Origin: Gammaproteobacteria bacterium
Lineage (GTDB): Bacteria > Pseudomonadota > Gammaproteobacteria > Thiohalobacterales > Thiohalobacteraceae
Assembly (NCBI GenBank): GCA_016214925.1
Contig: JACRMO010000110.1
Location: forward strand, 10,182 to 48,599
Direction: 5' to 3'
DNA length: 38,418 nucleotides
Below, piece by piece: positions 1 through 7,644 of this stretch. The position numbers and the translations under genes are program-made. The first letter of the stretch is position 1, and every line of letters begins with the position of its first letter. The notes beneath the pieces are model-generated. The model was not told the DNA's origin. It searched no databases and saw nothing but the letters and a program-made list of their open reading frames with translations.

Positions 1-49
1 GTCGTGCATGTCCTTGAACGTCCATTGAATTGCCCTGTATGGCGAGGGC

Positions 50-65
50 TGGCATCAGTCTTGCT
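50..65 (+). promoter_or_regulatory. Candidate sigma-54 (RpoN) -24/-12 promoter for the nirB operon
   Basis: TGGCAT-cagtc-TTGCT at 50-65 matches TGGCAC-N5-TTGCW with the correct spacing. It lies about 310 nt upstream of the nirB ATG, ahead of a structured leader. Confidence 0.45.
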
Positions 66-154
66 CTGGCACTAGACAGAGATAAACAAGCGTGTAAAGT
101 GCCCGTTCCTCCGGGCACGGGTCGATGGACCGGCATGCAGGCAGATTGAATCGG

Positions 155-180
155 CGTTCCGCCCAATGGCGGGCGGGACG
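155..180 (+). promoter_or_regulatory. Leader hairpin 1 with hexaloop AATGGC (ANTAR/NasR-type RNA target candidate)
   Basis: cgttccgccc (155-164) pairs with gggcgggacg (171-180), with one G-U pair. The 6-nt loop AATGGC has A at position 1 and G at position 4. Confidence 0.4.
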
Positions 181-219
181 CGCGAAGATTTTTATAACAC
201 TGAATTTCTTGTAACACAG

Positions 220-241
220 GACACGCCAATGCAGGTGTGTT
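220..241 (+). promoter_or_regulatory. Leader hairpin 2 with hexaloop AATGCA (ANTAR/NasR-type RNA target candidate)
   Basis: acacgcc (221-227) pairs with ggtgtgt (234-240), including a G-U pair. The loop AATGCA (228-233) again has A1/G4. The hairpin ends 13 nt before the terminator stem. Confidence 0.4.
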
Positions 242-253
242 CGCGGACAACGG

Positions 254-299
254 CGTCCATGTCACCGTAGCGGTACCGGTGGCGTGGACGTTTTTTTTT
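254..299 (+). terminator. Intrinsic terminator / attenuator in the nirB leader
   Basis: 14-nt arms cgtccatgtcaccg (254-267) and cggtggcgtggacg (277-290) pair with two G-U pairs. A run of 9 T (291-299) follows, 78 nt upstream of the nirB ATG. Confidence 0.7.
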
Positions 300-376
300 G
301 CAGGTTGTGGATCGGGCGCAGCGCATCGGCAGAGATGCAGTCAGGGCCGGACCATAAGATAGAGGTGGAAGCAGCT

Positions 377-2812
377 ATGAAACAACGACTGGTATTGATC
401 GGCAATGGCATGGCGGGTGTGCGTACCCTGGAAGAATTGCTGAAGCTCGCCCCCGACCGTTACGACATCACCGTGTTCGGCGCCGAACCCTACGGCAATT
501 ACAACCGCATCCTGCTGTCGCCGGTGCTGGCCGGCGAGAAGACCATCGAACAGATCATGCTCAACGACGAGCAATGGTATGTCGACAATGGCATTACGCT
601 GCACGAAGGCAAGCAGGTCACGGCGATCGACCGCACCAAGCGTATCGTGCGCGCCGCCGACGGCACCGAGGAAAAATACGACCGCCTGATCCTGGCGACC
701 GGTTCCATGCCGTTCATCATTCCCATCCCGGGCAAGGATCTTCCCGGTGTGGTGGCCTTCCGCGATATCCAGGATGTCGACCGCATGTTGGCGGCAGCGT
801 CAGGCAAGGGCCACGCGGTGGTGATCGGCGGCGGTCTGCTCGGTCTGGAAGCCGCCAACGGCCTGCTCAAACAAGGCATGCGGGTCAGCGTCGTGCATTT
901 GCTCGATACGCTGATGGAAAAGCAACTCGACAAACCGGCTGCGGGCCTGTTGAAGCGCTCGCTGGAAGAGCGCGGTCTCAATTTTCTGATGGGCGCGCAG
1001 ACCGAGGCGATCCTCGGCAAGGACAAAGTCGAGGCGGTCAGGTTCAAGGATGGTCTGGAAATCCCCGCCGACTTGGTGGTGATGGCCGTCGGTATTCGCC
1101 CCAATGCGGAATTGGCGAAACAGGTCGGTTTGCACTGTGAACGCGGCGTAGTCGTCAACGATACGATGCAGACCTTCGATCCGCGTGTCTACGCCGTCGG
1201 CGAATGCGTGCAGCATCGCGGCGATACCTACGGTCTGGTGGCGCCGTTGTTCGAGCAGGCCAAGGTCTGCGCCAATCACCTGGCCGAACTCGGCTATGCG
1301 CGCTACGAAGGCTCGGTCACGTCGACCAAGCTCAAGGTGACGGGCATCGATCTGTTCTCGGCGGGAGATTTTCAGGGCGACGACTCGACCGAAGAGATGG
1401 TGTTGCAGGACCCAGGTCGCGGCGTGTACAAAAAGGTCGTGGTCAAGGACAACCGCATCCAGGGCGCGGTGATGTATGGCGACACCATCGACGGTTCCTG
1501 GTACTTCCAGTTGATGCGCGACAACACGGATATTTCCGGCTTCCGCGACAATTTGCTGTTCGGCCAAGCGCACCTGGGCGATTCCGGACACGGTGACGAC
1601 AACCGCGTGGCCGCGATGGCCGACAGCGCCGAAATCTGCGGCTGCAACGGCGTGTGCAAGGGCGACATCGTCAAGGCCATCAGCGATAAGAGGCTGTTCA
1701 CGCTTGACGAGGTGCGCGCGCATACCAAGGCTTCCAGTTCCTGCGGTTCCTGCACGGGCTTGGTCGAGGCACTGCTGGCGCATACGCTGGGCGGTGAATA
1801 TTCGCAGACGCCGAGCAAGAAGCCCCTGTGTCCGTGTACCGAACACAATCACGACGAGCTGCGCACGGCGATCCGTGCCGAAGGCCTCAAGTCGGTGCGC
1901 GCGGTCATGGATCATCTGAACTGGAAGACCGAGGATGGCTGCCCGAAATGCCGCCCGGCGCTCAACTACTATCTGCTGTGCCAATGGCCCGGCGAATATA
2001 AGGACGACAACCAGTCGCGCTTTATCAACGAGCGCGTGCACGCCAACATCCAGAAAGACGGCACTTATTCCGTTATTCCGCGCATGTGGGGCGGCGAGAC
2101 CACGCCCAAGGAACTGATGGCGATTGCGCAGATCGCCGAGAAATGGAACGTGCCGACCGTGCATGTCACCGGCGGTCAGCGCATCGATCTCTTGGGCATC
2201 AAGAAGGAAGACCTGCCGGGCATCTGGGGCGATCTGTCTGAGGCCGGGTTCGTTTCCGGCCACGCCTACGGCAAGGCTATTCGCACCGTGAAGACCTGCG
2301 TCGGCAAGACCTGGTGCCGCTTCGGCACCCAGGATTCCACGCAGATGGGTATCGATCTGGAAAAACTCACCTGGGGTTCATGGACGCCGCACAAGTTCAA
2401 GCTCGCGGTGTCCGGTTGTCCGCGCAACTGTGCCGAGGCGACGATCAAGGATTTCGGTGTGGTGTGCGTCGATTCTGGCTATGAATTGCATGTCGGCGGC
2501 AACGGTGGCGTGAAGGTGCGTGCCACCGATTTCCTCTGCCATGTGAAGACCGAAGACGAGGTGAAGGAATACTGCGCCGCCTTCCTGCAACTCTACCGCG
2601 AAGAGGCGCATTACCTGGAACGCACCGCGCCTTGGGTCGAGCGCGTTGGCTTGGCCTATATCAAAGACCGGGTGGTCGAGGATGCGGAGAACCGCGCGGC
2701 GCTCGCAGAACGCTTCGGCCTTTCACAACAGTTCGCGCAGGTCGATCCCTGGAAGGCGCGCGCCGAGGGTCTCGATGCGCACGAATACAGCCCGCTTAAA
2801 CGGGTCGGTTAA
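377..2812 (+). CDS. nirB: Assimilatory NAD(P)H nitrite reductase large subunit
   Basis: N-terminal FAD/NAD Rossmann motif (LVLIGNGMAG, VVIGGGLLGLE). BFD-like 2Fe-2S motif (CGCNGVCKG ... CGSCTG). Siroheme/4Fe-4S sulfite-nitrite reductase domain (TCVGKTWCRFG ... SGCPRNCAEA). ATG 377 is preceded by GAGGTGGA; the ORF-track GTG at 284 lies inside the terminator. Confidence 0.93.
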   Translation: MKQRLVLIGNGMAGVRTLEELLKLAPDRYDITVFGAEPYGNYNRILLSPVLAGEKTIEQIMLNDEQWYVDNGITLHEGKQVTAIDRTKRIVRAADGTEEKYDRLILATGSMPFIIPIPGKDLPGVVAFRDIQDVDRMLAAASGKGHAVVIGGGLLGLEAANGLLKQGMRVSVVHLLDTLMEKQLDKPAAGLLKRSLEERGLNFLMGAQTEAILGKDKVEAVRFKDGLEIPADLVVMAVGIRPNAELAKQVGLHCERGVVVNDTMQTFDPRVYAVGECVQHRGDTYGLVAPLFEQAKVCANHLAELGYARYEGSVTSTKLKVTGIDLFSAGDFQGDDSTEEMVLQDPGRGVYKKVVVKDNRIQGAVMYGDTIDGSWYFQLMRDNTDISGFRDNLLFGQAHLGDSGHGDDNRVAAMADSAEICGCNGVCKGDIVKAISDKRLFTLDEVRAHTKASSSCGSCTGLVEALLAHTLGGEYSQTPSKKPLCPCTEHNHDELRTAIRAEGLKSVRAVMDHLNWKTEDGCPKCRPALNYYLLCQWPGEYKDDNQSRFINERVHANIQKDGTYSVIPRMWGGETTPKELMAIAQIAEKWNVPTVHVTGGQRIDLLGIKKEDLPGIWGDLSEAGFVSGHAYGKAIRTVKTCVGKTWCRFGTQDSTQMGIDLEKLTWGSWTPHKFKLAVSGCPRNCAEATIKDFGVVCVDSGYELHVGGNGGVKVRATDFLCHVKTEDEVKEYCAAFLQLYREEAHYLERTAPWVERVGLAYIKDRVVEDAENRAALAERFGLSQQFAQVDPWKARAEGLDAHEYSPLKRVG

Positions 2813-2824
2813 GGGGAATATTGA

Positions 2825-3202
2825 ATGCAACAGGCAGAAAAAACGATGGTCGAGAACAACTGGATCGACGTGGGCCAAGTGAGCGACATCCCGAAACTGG
2901 GCGCGCGCGTGGTGCGCACGAAAGACGGCGATATCGCGGTGTTCCGCACGGCGGATGACGAGGTGTTCGCGCTGCGCGACCAGTGTCCGCACAAAGGCGG
3001 CCCGCTCTCGCAGGGCATCGTGCACGGCAAGCGCGTTGCCTGCCCACTGCACGACTGGAAAATTCATCTCGACAGCGGTCTGGCGGTCGCGCCCGATGAG
3101 GGCTGTGCCGCGCGATTCCCGGTTAGTGTCGAGGACGGCCGGATACTGTTGTCATTGACGCCGGACGAAGGGTGTCCGAATTCAAACGCACCGAAAGTCT
3201 GA
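2825..3202 (+). CDS. nirD: Nitrite reductase small subunit (Rieske-like fold)
   Basis: NirD-like sequence (DIAVFRT..DEVFALRDQCPHKGGPLSQG...ACPLHDWKI). Starts 12 nt after the nirB stop with AAGGGGA upstream. Confidence 0.88.
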   Translation: MQQAEKTMVENNWIDVGQVSDIPKLGARVVRTKDGDIAVFRTADDEVFALRDQCPHKGGPLSQGIVHGKRVACPLHDWKIHLDSGLAVAPDEGCAARFPVSVEDGRILLSLTPDEGCPNSNAPKV

Positions 3203-3206
3203 GACG

Positions 3207-3548
3207 ATGACCATTCAGATGGGTGATCGCGCGCTCGCCACGGACAACGAAGGCTATCTGCTCGATCCGTCCGAGTGGTCGGAGGAGGTTGCACGGGAAA
3301 TCGCGCGTCGCGAAGGTCTGACGCTGAGCGAGGAACGCTGGACCGTGGTGCGCTTCGTGCGTGAGCACTTCGAATTCCGCCAATCCGTTCCCGAGGCGCG
3401 CTTCGCCCTGAAGGCGATGCGGGAGCATCTGGGTCAGGAGAAGGCGACCCGCAAATATCTCTATCAGTTGTTTCCTTATGGCTATGGCCAGCAGGCGTGC
3501 AAGATCGCCGGCATGCGCAAGCCGCTGAAACTCATGTTGGACGTGTAG
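3207..3548 (+). CDS. DsrC/TusE-family protein, atypical C-terminus (no penultimate Cys)
   Basis: Collinear with TusE/DsrC (TDNEGYL..PSEWSEEVA...LSEERWTVVRFVREHF...YLYQLFPYGYGQQACKIAGMRKP). It ends ...PLKLMLDV where the canonical proteins end ...P(T/V)(G/K)C(V/I). Starts 4 nt after the nirD stop. Confidence 0.8.
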   Translation: MTIQMGDRALATDNEGYLLDPSEWSEEVAREIARREGLTLSEERWTVVRFVREHFEFRQSVPEARFALKAMREHLGQEKATRKYLYQLFPYGYGQQACKIAGMRKPLKLMLDV

Positions 3549-3559
3549 AGAGACCGCAC

Positions 3560-5611
3560 ATGCTCTTCGGACGCGACAAAAAGAACCCCATCAAACTCGT
3601 CGACAAGGGCGCGGTGGAGTGGAAGTACACCACTTGCGGATATTGTTCGACCGGGTGTTCCATCGAGGTTGGGTTGGACAAGGACGGCCGTGCGGTGTCC
3701 TCGCGCGGCGTGGGCGATGCCGACGTCAACCGCGGCAAGCTGTGCATCAAGGGTATTCTGGAGCACGAGTTGTTCGAGTCCGCCGGACGCGGTCGTGTGC
3801 CATTGTTGCGCGAGCAGATCCACGAACCGTTTCGGCAGGCGGGTTGGAACGAGGCCTTGGACAAGACCTCGAACGAAATAAAGCGCATTCAGGAGCGGTA
3901 CGGCAGGGACGCCTTCGCCATTGTCTCCACCGGTCAGATCATGACCGAGGAGTTCTACACCCTGGGTAAGCTCGCACGCGGTCTGATCGGTACCAACAAC
4001 TACGATGGCAACACCACCTTGTGCATGTCCTCGGCGGTGTCCGGCTACAAACGTTCCTTTGGCTCCGATGGCCCGCCCGGTTGTTATGAGGATTTCGAGC
4101 ACACCGACTGTCTGATCGCTTTCGGTTCCAATCTGCCCGAGCAGCATCCCATCATCTACTGGCGGATGCGCGAGGCGCGCGAGCAACGCAAATACCCGCT
4201 CATCGTGGTGGATCCACGCGTGACCATGCTGGCGCAATTCGCCGATATGCACCTGCCGATCCGCCCCGGCACCGATGTGGTGTTGTTGAACGCGCTGGCG
4301 CATGTGATTCTCAAGGAAGGCCTGCACAAGCCGGACTACATCGGCGCGCATACCGAGGGCTTCGAGGATTTCAAGGCGCTCGTCGAGCAGTACGATCCGG
4401 TCACGGCGTCGAGGATCTGCGGCATCGACGAAGACAGCATCCGCACTGTCGCGCGCCTGTATGCCAAGGCGGGTTCGGCCATGAGCATCTGGACCATGGG
4501 CATCAATCAGAGCACGCACGGCTCCGACGGCGTGGTCGCGATCAACAATCTCAATCTCATCACCGGCAACATCGGCAAGCCCGGCGGCACCAGCCTGTCG
4601 ATTACCGGGCAATGCAATGCCATGGGCACGCGCGAATGGTCGTCCTGCTCAGGCCTGCCGGGTTACCGCGCGCTGGAGAAAGAGAAAGACCGCCAGGACA
4701 TCGCCAAGTTCTGGGGTGTCGATCCCGAGTTCTTCCCCAAGCAGCGCGGGCTGTTAATGACCGACATTCTGCCGGCCATCGTCGAGTGCAATGAATACAG
4801 TCATGTCTATCTGCCGGCCGCGCTGTGGGCGGAGAAGGAAGGCTGTTTCACCAACACCGAGCGGCGCGTGAATCTGATTCGCAACGTCATACCACCCCAT
4901 GGCGAATCGAAGCCGGACTTCTGGATCTTCAACGAAGTGGCCAAGCGTTTCGATCCCGAGCGCAAGGTAAAATTTCCCGAGACCACTGAGGGGGCCTTCG
5001 AGGAAATGAAGCAGTTGTCCAAGGGCAATATGCTGGATATCTCCGGCATGACCTACGCCAAGATCGAACAGAGTCGCGGTCTGCAATGGCCCTGCCGCGA
5101 CGGCGAAGAGAAGGGCGCGCAACGCCTGTACAGCGATGGCGTGTTTCAGTATGCCAGCGGCAAGGCCAAGTTGATTCCGCTGCCGTTCATCGACAACAAC
5201 GAACGCCCGGATACGGATTATCCCTTCTGGCTGAACAGCGGTCGCGTGGTCGAGCACTTCCATACCCGCACCCGCACCGGCAAGATCGGCAATCAGAACA
5301 AGTTCAGCCCGACGCCGTATATGGAGATCAACCCGGACGCAGCGGCGGAGTTGGAGATTGCGCATGGCAGTTACGCGCGCCTGGTGTCACGCCGCGGTGA
5401 TGCCGTTGTGTTGGTGCAATGCACCCAGCGTGTGCCGCGCGACATGGTGTTCGTGCCATTCCATTACCACGAGTGCGTCAACCGCGTCAGCTTAGGATTG
5501 CTCGATCCGCATTCTCGCCAACCGGCGTTCAAGCAATGCGCCATTCGCATCGAACCGATTGCGGATCAGGAAGCGGCGGCGGCGCTGAATCTGGCGGCGC
5601 GGGCGTATTGA
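3560..5611 (+). CDS. NarB/NasA-family molybdopterin (bis-MGD) oxidoreductase catalytic subunit; cytoplasmic, atypical
   Basis: N-terminal 4Fe-4S motif CGYCSTGCSIEV...GKLCIKG. Mo-ligand region GNTTLCMSSAVSGYKRSFG. C-terminal beta-barrel domain (YPFWLNSGRVVEHFHTRTRTG). No twin-arginine signal. ATG 3560 follows GAGAGA. A conserved block of about 43 aa is missing relative to the nasA paralog in this window. Confidence 0.85.
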   Translation: MLFGRDKKNPIKLVDKGAVEWKYTTCGYCSTGCSIEVGLDKDGRAVSSRGVGDADVNRGKLCIKGILEHELFESAGRGRVPLLREQIHEPFRQAGWNEALDKTSNEIKRIQERYGRDAFAIVSTGQIMTEEFYTLGKLARGLIGTNNYDGNTTLCMSSAVSGYKRSFGSDGPPGCYEDFEHTDCLIAFGSNLPEQHPIIYWRMREAREQRKYPLIVVDPRVTMLAQFADMHLPIRPGTDVVLLNALAHVILKEGLHKPDYIGAHTEGFEDFKALVEQYDPVTASRICGIDEDSIRTVARLYAKAGSAMSIWTMGINQSTHGSDGVVAINNLNLITGNIGKPGGTSLSITGQCNAMGTREWSSCSGLPGYRALEKEKDRQDIAKFWGVDPEFFPKQRGLLMTDILPAIVECNEYSHVYLPAALWAEKEGCFTNTERRVNLIRNVIPPHGESKPDFWIFNEVAKRFDPERKVKFPETTEGAFEEMKQLSKGNMLDISGMTYAKIEQSRGLQWPCRDGEEKGAQRLYSDGVFQYASGKAKLIPLPFIDNNERPDTDYPFWLNSGRVVEHFHTRTRTGKIGNQNKFSPTPYMEINPDAAAELEIAHGSYARLVSRRGDAVVLVQCTQRVPRDMVFVPFHYHECVNRVSLGLLDPHSRQPAFKQCAIRIEPIADQEAAAALNLAARAY

Positions 5612-5624
5612 TGAATTATGAAAT

Positions 5625-5714
5625 GTAGGATGGGTGAAGCGTAGCGCAACCCATCGATAACACGCTTCAACGCACATGATGGGTTACGGCATAAATCGCC
5701 TCCACCCATCCTAC
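5625..5714. repeat. Nested palindromic REP/MITE-like intergenic element
   Basis: 12-bp terminal inverted repeats GTAGGATGGGTG (5625-5636) and CACCCATCCTAC (5703-5714). Inner inverted repeats GATGGGT/ACCCATC and TGAAGCG/CGCTTCA. GATGGGT occurs three times across both orientations. Confidence 0.6.
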
Positions 5715-5746
5715 GTTATGGTGATTCAAAGAGGTTTCTCCAAGAC

Positions 5747-7630
5747 ATGTACAAGACTCGCCACAACGAACCTGCCTACGGCTTCATCCCCGACGTACCG
5801 ACGTCGGAGAAGAATTGCTACGGGAAACCGATTCGTCTGATCGACGACAACCCGTCGCTGGCGGGTCAGAGCCTGAACATCAACGGCGATCCCGGCATCG
5901 GCCTCAATCCCAACCGCTACAAGCAGCACGGCTTCTATTTCAACGCCGATAACTGCATCGCCTGCCATGCCTGCGAGGCGGCCTGTGCGGAGAAGAACGA
6001 TACGCCTGCGCATCTGGCATTCCGTTCGGTGGGTTATCTGGAAGGCGGCAGTTATCCGGCCGTGCAGCGGCTGAATATCTCCATGGCCTGCAATCACTGC
6101 GACGACCCGGTGTGTCTCAAAGGCTGTCCGACGCGCGCCTATACCAAGTTCGCCGAATACGGCGCGGTGCTGCAGGATCCGGATATCTGTTTCGGCTGCG
6201 GCTATTGCACCTGGGTGTGTCCATACAACGCGCCGCAGCTCGATCCGGTCGCGGGGCATGTCTCCAAGTGCAATATGTGTGTCGATCGGCTCGAAGTCGG
6301 TCTGAAACCCGCTTGTGCCTCGGCCTGCCTGGGCGGCGCGTTGGATTTCGGCATTATCGAGACCGCACCGGAAGGCCGCGATCAGCTGGAAACGCAGATC
6401 CCCGGCTTCCCCGATCCGTCCATCACCCACCCCAACATCCGCTTTCAACAGAAGCGCAGCCTGCCGCGCGAACTGACGCGTACCGATACCACGCCGGTGA
6501 AATACCTGCGCGACGATCAGAATGCCAAGCCCGATCCGGGCGTGAAGGGCGGACAAACGCGCTATCGCAGCGCCTCAGCAGTCAATCTGGATAAACCCGC
6601 CGAGTGGAATCTCGCCAAGCTACGTTCGCGCGAAGACCCGCTGGTGATTTTCACGCTCATCACCCAGGCAGTGGTGGGCGCGTTTCTGCTGCTGTTCCTG
6701 GGTCCGTTAGTCGGGCTGAGCGAACTGTCGGTCGCCGCACATCCGATCGCTTATCCGGTGGCATTGTTCGGCTTGATCGCCATTCAGACCTTCGCGTTGG
6801 TGATCTCGACTCTGCATCTGGGTCGGCCGCATCGTTTCTACCGCGCTTTCAATAATCTCAGGTATTCACCGGTGAGCCGCGAGGTCGCCGCGGTGGCGGT
6901 GTTCTACAACCTGCTCGGTGCCTATGCCGTGTTGAGCGGTGTACCGCAAATTTCCGATGGGCTGTTCGGCTGGTTGCCGCAAGGGTTGGTGAACGGCGCA
7001 ACCCAGGCGAGCGGTTGGCTGGCGGTGATCGCGGGACCGGCGGCGCTGTATTTCATGCACCGTATCTACCGCATCCAGGCGCGGCCGTTCTGGAACCACT
7101 GGCAGGTGCTGACCAGTTTCTACGGCAGCATGCTGACGCTGGGGCCACTCGCTGTCGCGCTGATGTTCGTGCCGGTGTTGGCGGCGCAGGGCATCGAGTA
7201 CGCGGGTTTGTTGCAGCTGTGCGCGTTACCGATGCTGGGTGGTTTGTTGCTGGAGGGTTTTGGACTCTACCGTCATGCGGCCTATCTCAATGCGACGGGC
7301 GGTGAGGCGCAGGCCGCGCAGCATGAGCAGCTGACGACCTTTGGCAAGACCTACCGCGCGCGTAATGGCTTGCTGGCGGTCAGCGCCTCCGCGTTGACCG
7401 TGCTGATCGGGGCCGCACCGGTGGGTGCGGTCGGATTAGGACTGTGGGTCACGGTCGGATTGTCGGTGCTCACCGCCGCGATGATCGGCCGCGCGCTGTT
7501 CTATGTACTGGTCATTCCCACCACCCTGCCCGGCGCGTTCTTCTGGAAGAACCCCGGTTTTCAGAGCCACGCCCGCGATATGGGACTGGCACAGATGCCA
7601 CAGGTCGGCGTGCAGGTGACGACGCATTGA
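5747..7630 (+). CDS. Fusion of a DmsB-type 4x[4Fe-4S] ferredoxin subunit and a DmsC-like polytopic membrane anchor
   Basis: Four Cys clusters (CIACHACEAAC; CNHCDDPVCLKGCP; CFGCGYCTWVCP; CNMCVDRL...CASAC). After a linker of about 90 aa come multiple hydrophobic helices, including LHLGRPHRFYRAFNNLRYSPVSRE (DmsC-type motif). No signal peptide. Confidence 0.8.
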   Translation: MYKTRHNEPAYGFIPDVPTSEKNCYGKPIRLIDDNPSLAGQSLNINGDPGIGLNPNRYKQHGFYFNADNCIACHACEAACAEKNDTPAHLAFRSVGYLEGGSYPAVQRLNISMACNHCDDPVCLKGCPTRAYTKFAEYGAVLQDPDICFGCGYCTWVCPYNAPQLDPVAGHVSKCNMCVDRLEVGLKPACASACLGGALDFGIIETAPEGRDQLETQIPGFPDPSITHPNIRFQQKRSLPRELTRTDTTPVKYLRDDQNAKPDPGVKGGQTRYRSASAVNLDKPAEWNLAKLRSREDPLVIFTLITQAVVGAFLLLFLGPLVGLSELSVAAHPIAYPVALFGLIAIQTFALVISTLHLGRPHRFYRAFNNLRYSPVSREVAAVAVFYNLLGAYAVLSGVPQISDGLFGWLPQGLVNGATQASGWLAVIAGPAALYFMHRIYRIQARPFWNHWQVLTSFYGSMLTLGPLAVALMFVPVLAAQGIEYAGLLQLCALPMLGGLLLEGFGLYRHAAYLNATGGEAQAAQHEQLTTFGKTYRARNGLLAVSASALTVLIGAAPVGAVGLGLWVTVGLSVLTAAMIGRALFYVLVIPTTLPGAFFWKNPGFQSHARDMGLAQMPQVGVQVTTH

Positions 7631-7644
7631 GAAATGTGTAGGCC

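Noticed and set aside
1-10. Possible minus-strand gene start (ATGCACGAC) at the left edge
   Set aside because: Only 10 nt are in the window, and the AGGA is too close to the ATG. It cannot be supported.
99-118. Hairpin GTGCCCG-ttcctc-CGGGCAC in the nirB leader as an ANTAR target
   Set aside because: The stem is real, but the hexaloop TTCCTC lacks the A1/G4 signature. It was kept only as unassigned leader structure.
284-376. ORF-track GTG start at 284 for nirB (an extra 31 aa)
   Set aside because: The GTG lies inside the 3' arm of the leader terminator, just before its T-run. ATG 377 has a good SD (GAGGTGGA) and begins the conserved MKQRLVLIGNGMAG Rossmann motif.
800-2263. 487-aa ORF antisense to nirB
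   Set aside because: Arg/Ala/Gly-rich, low-information translation typical of the reverse frame of a GC-rich gene. The forward frame encodes an unmistakable NirB.
3482-4612. 376-aa ORF antisense to the NarB-like gene
   Set aside because: Same antisense-of-GC-rich-gene artefact, with no recognisable motifs.
3560-7630. Calling the Mo-subunit + FeS/membrane genes SoeABC sulfite dehydrogenase
   Set aside because: The topology is analogous. However, as I recall, SoeA is much larger (about 109 kDa), SoeB and SoeC are separate proteins, and SoeC is NrfD/PsrC-type. Here the membrane part carries a DmsC-type HLGRP..R motif and the catalytic subunit is NarB-sized. Identity cannot be supported without phylogeny.
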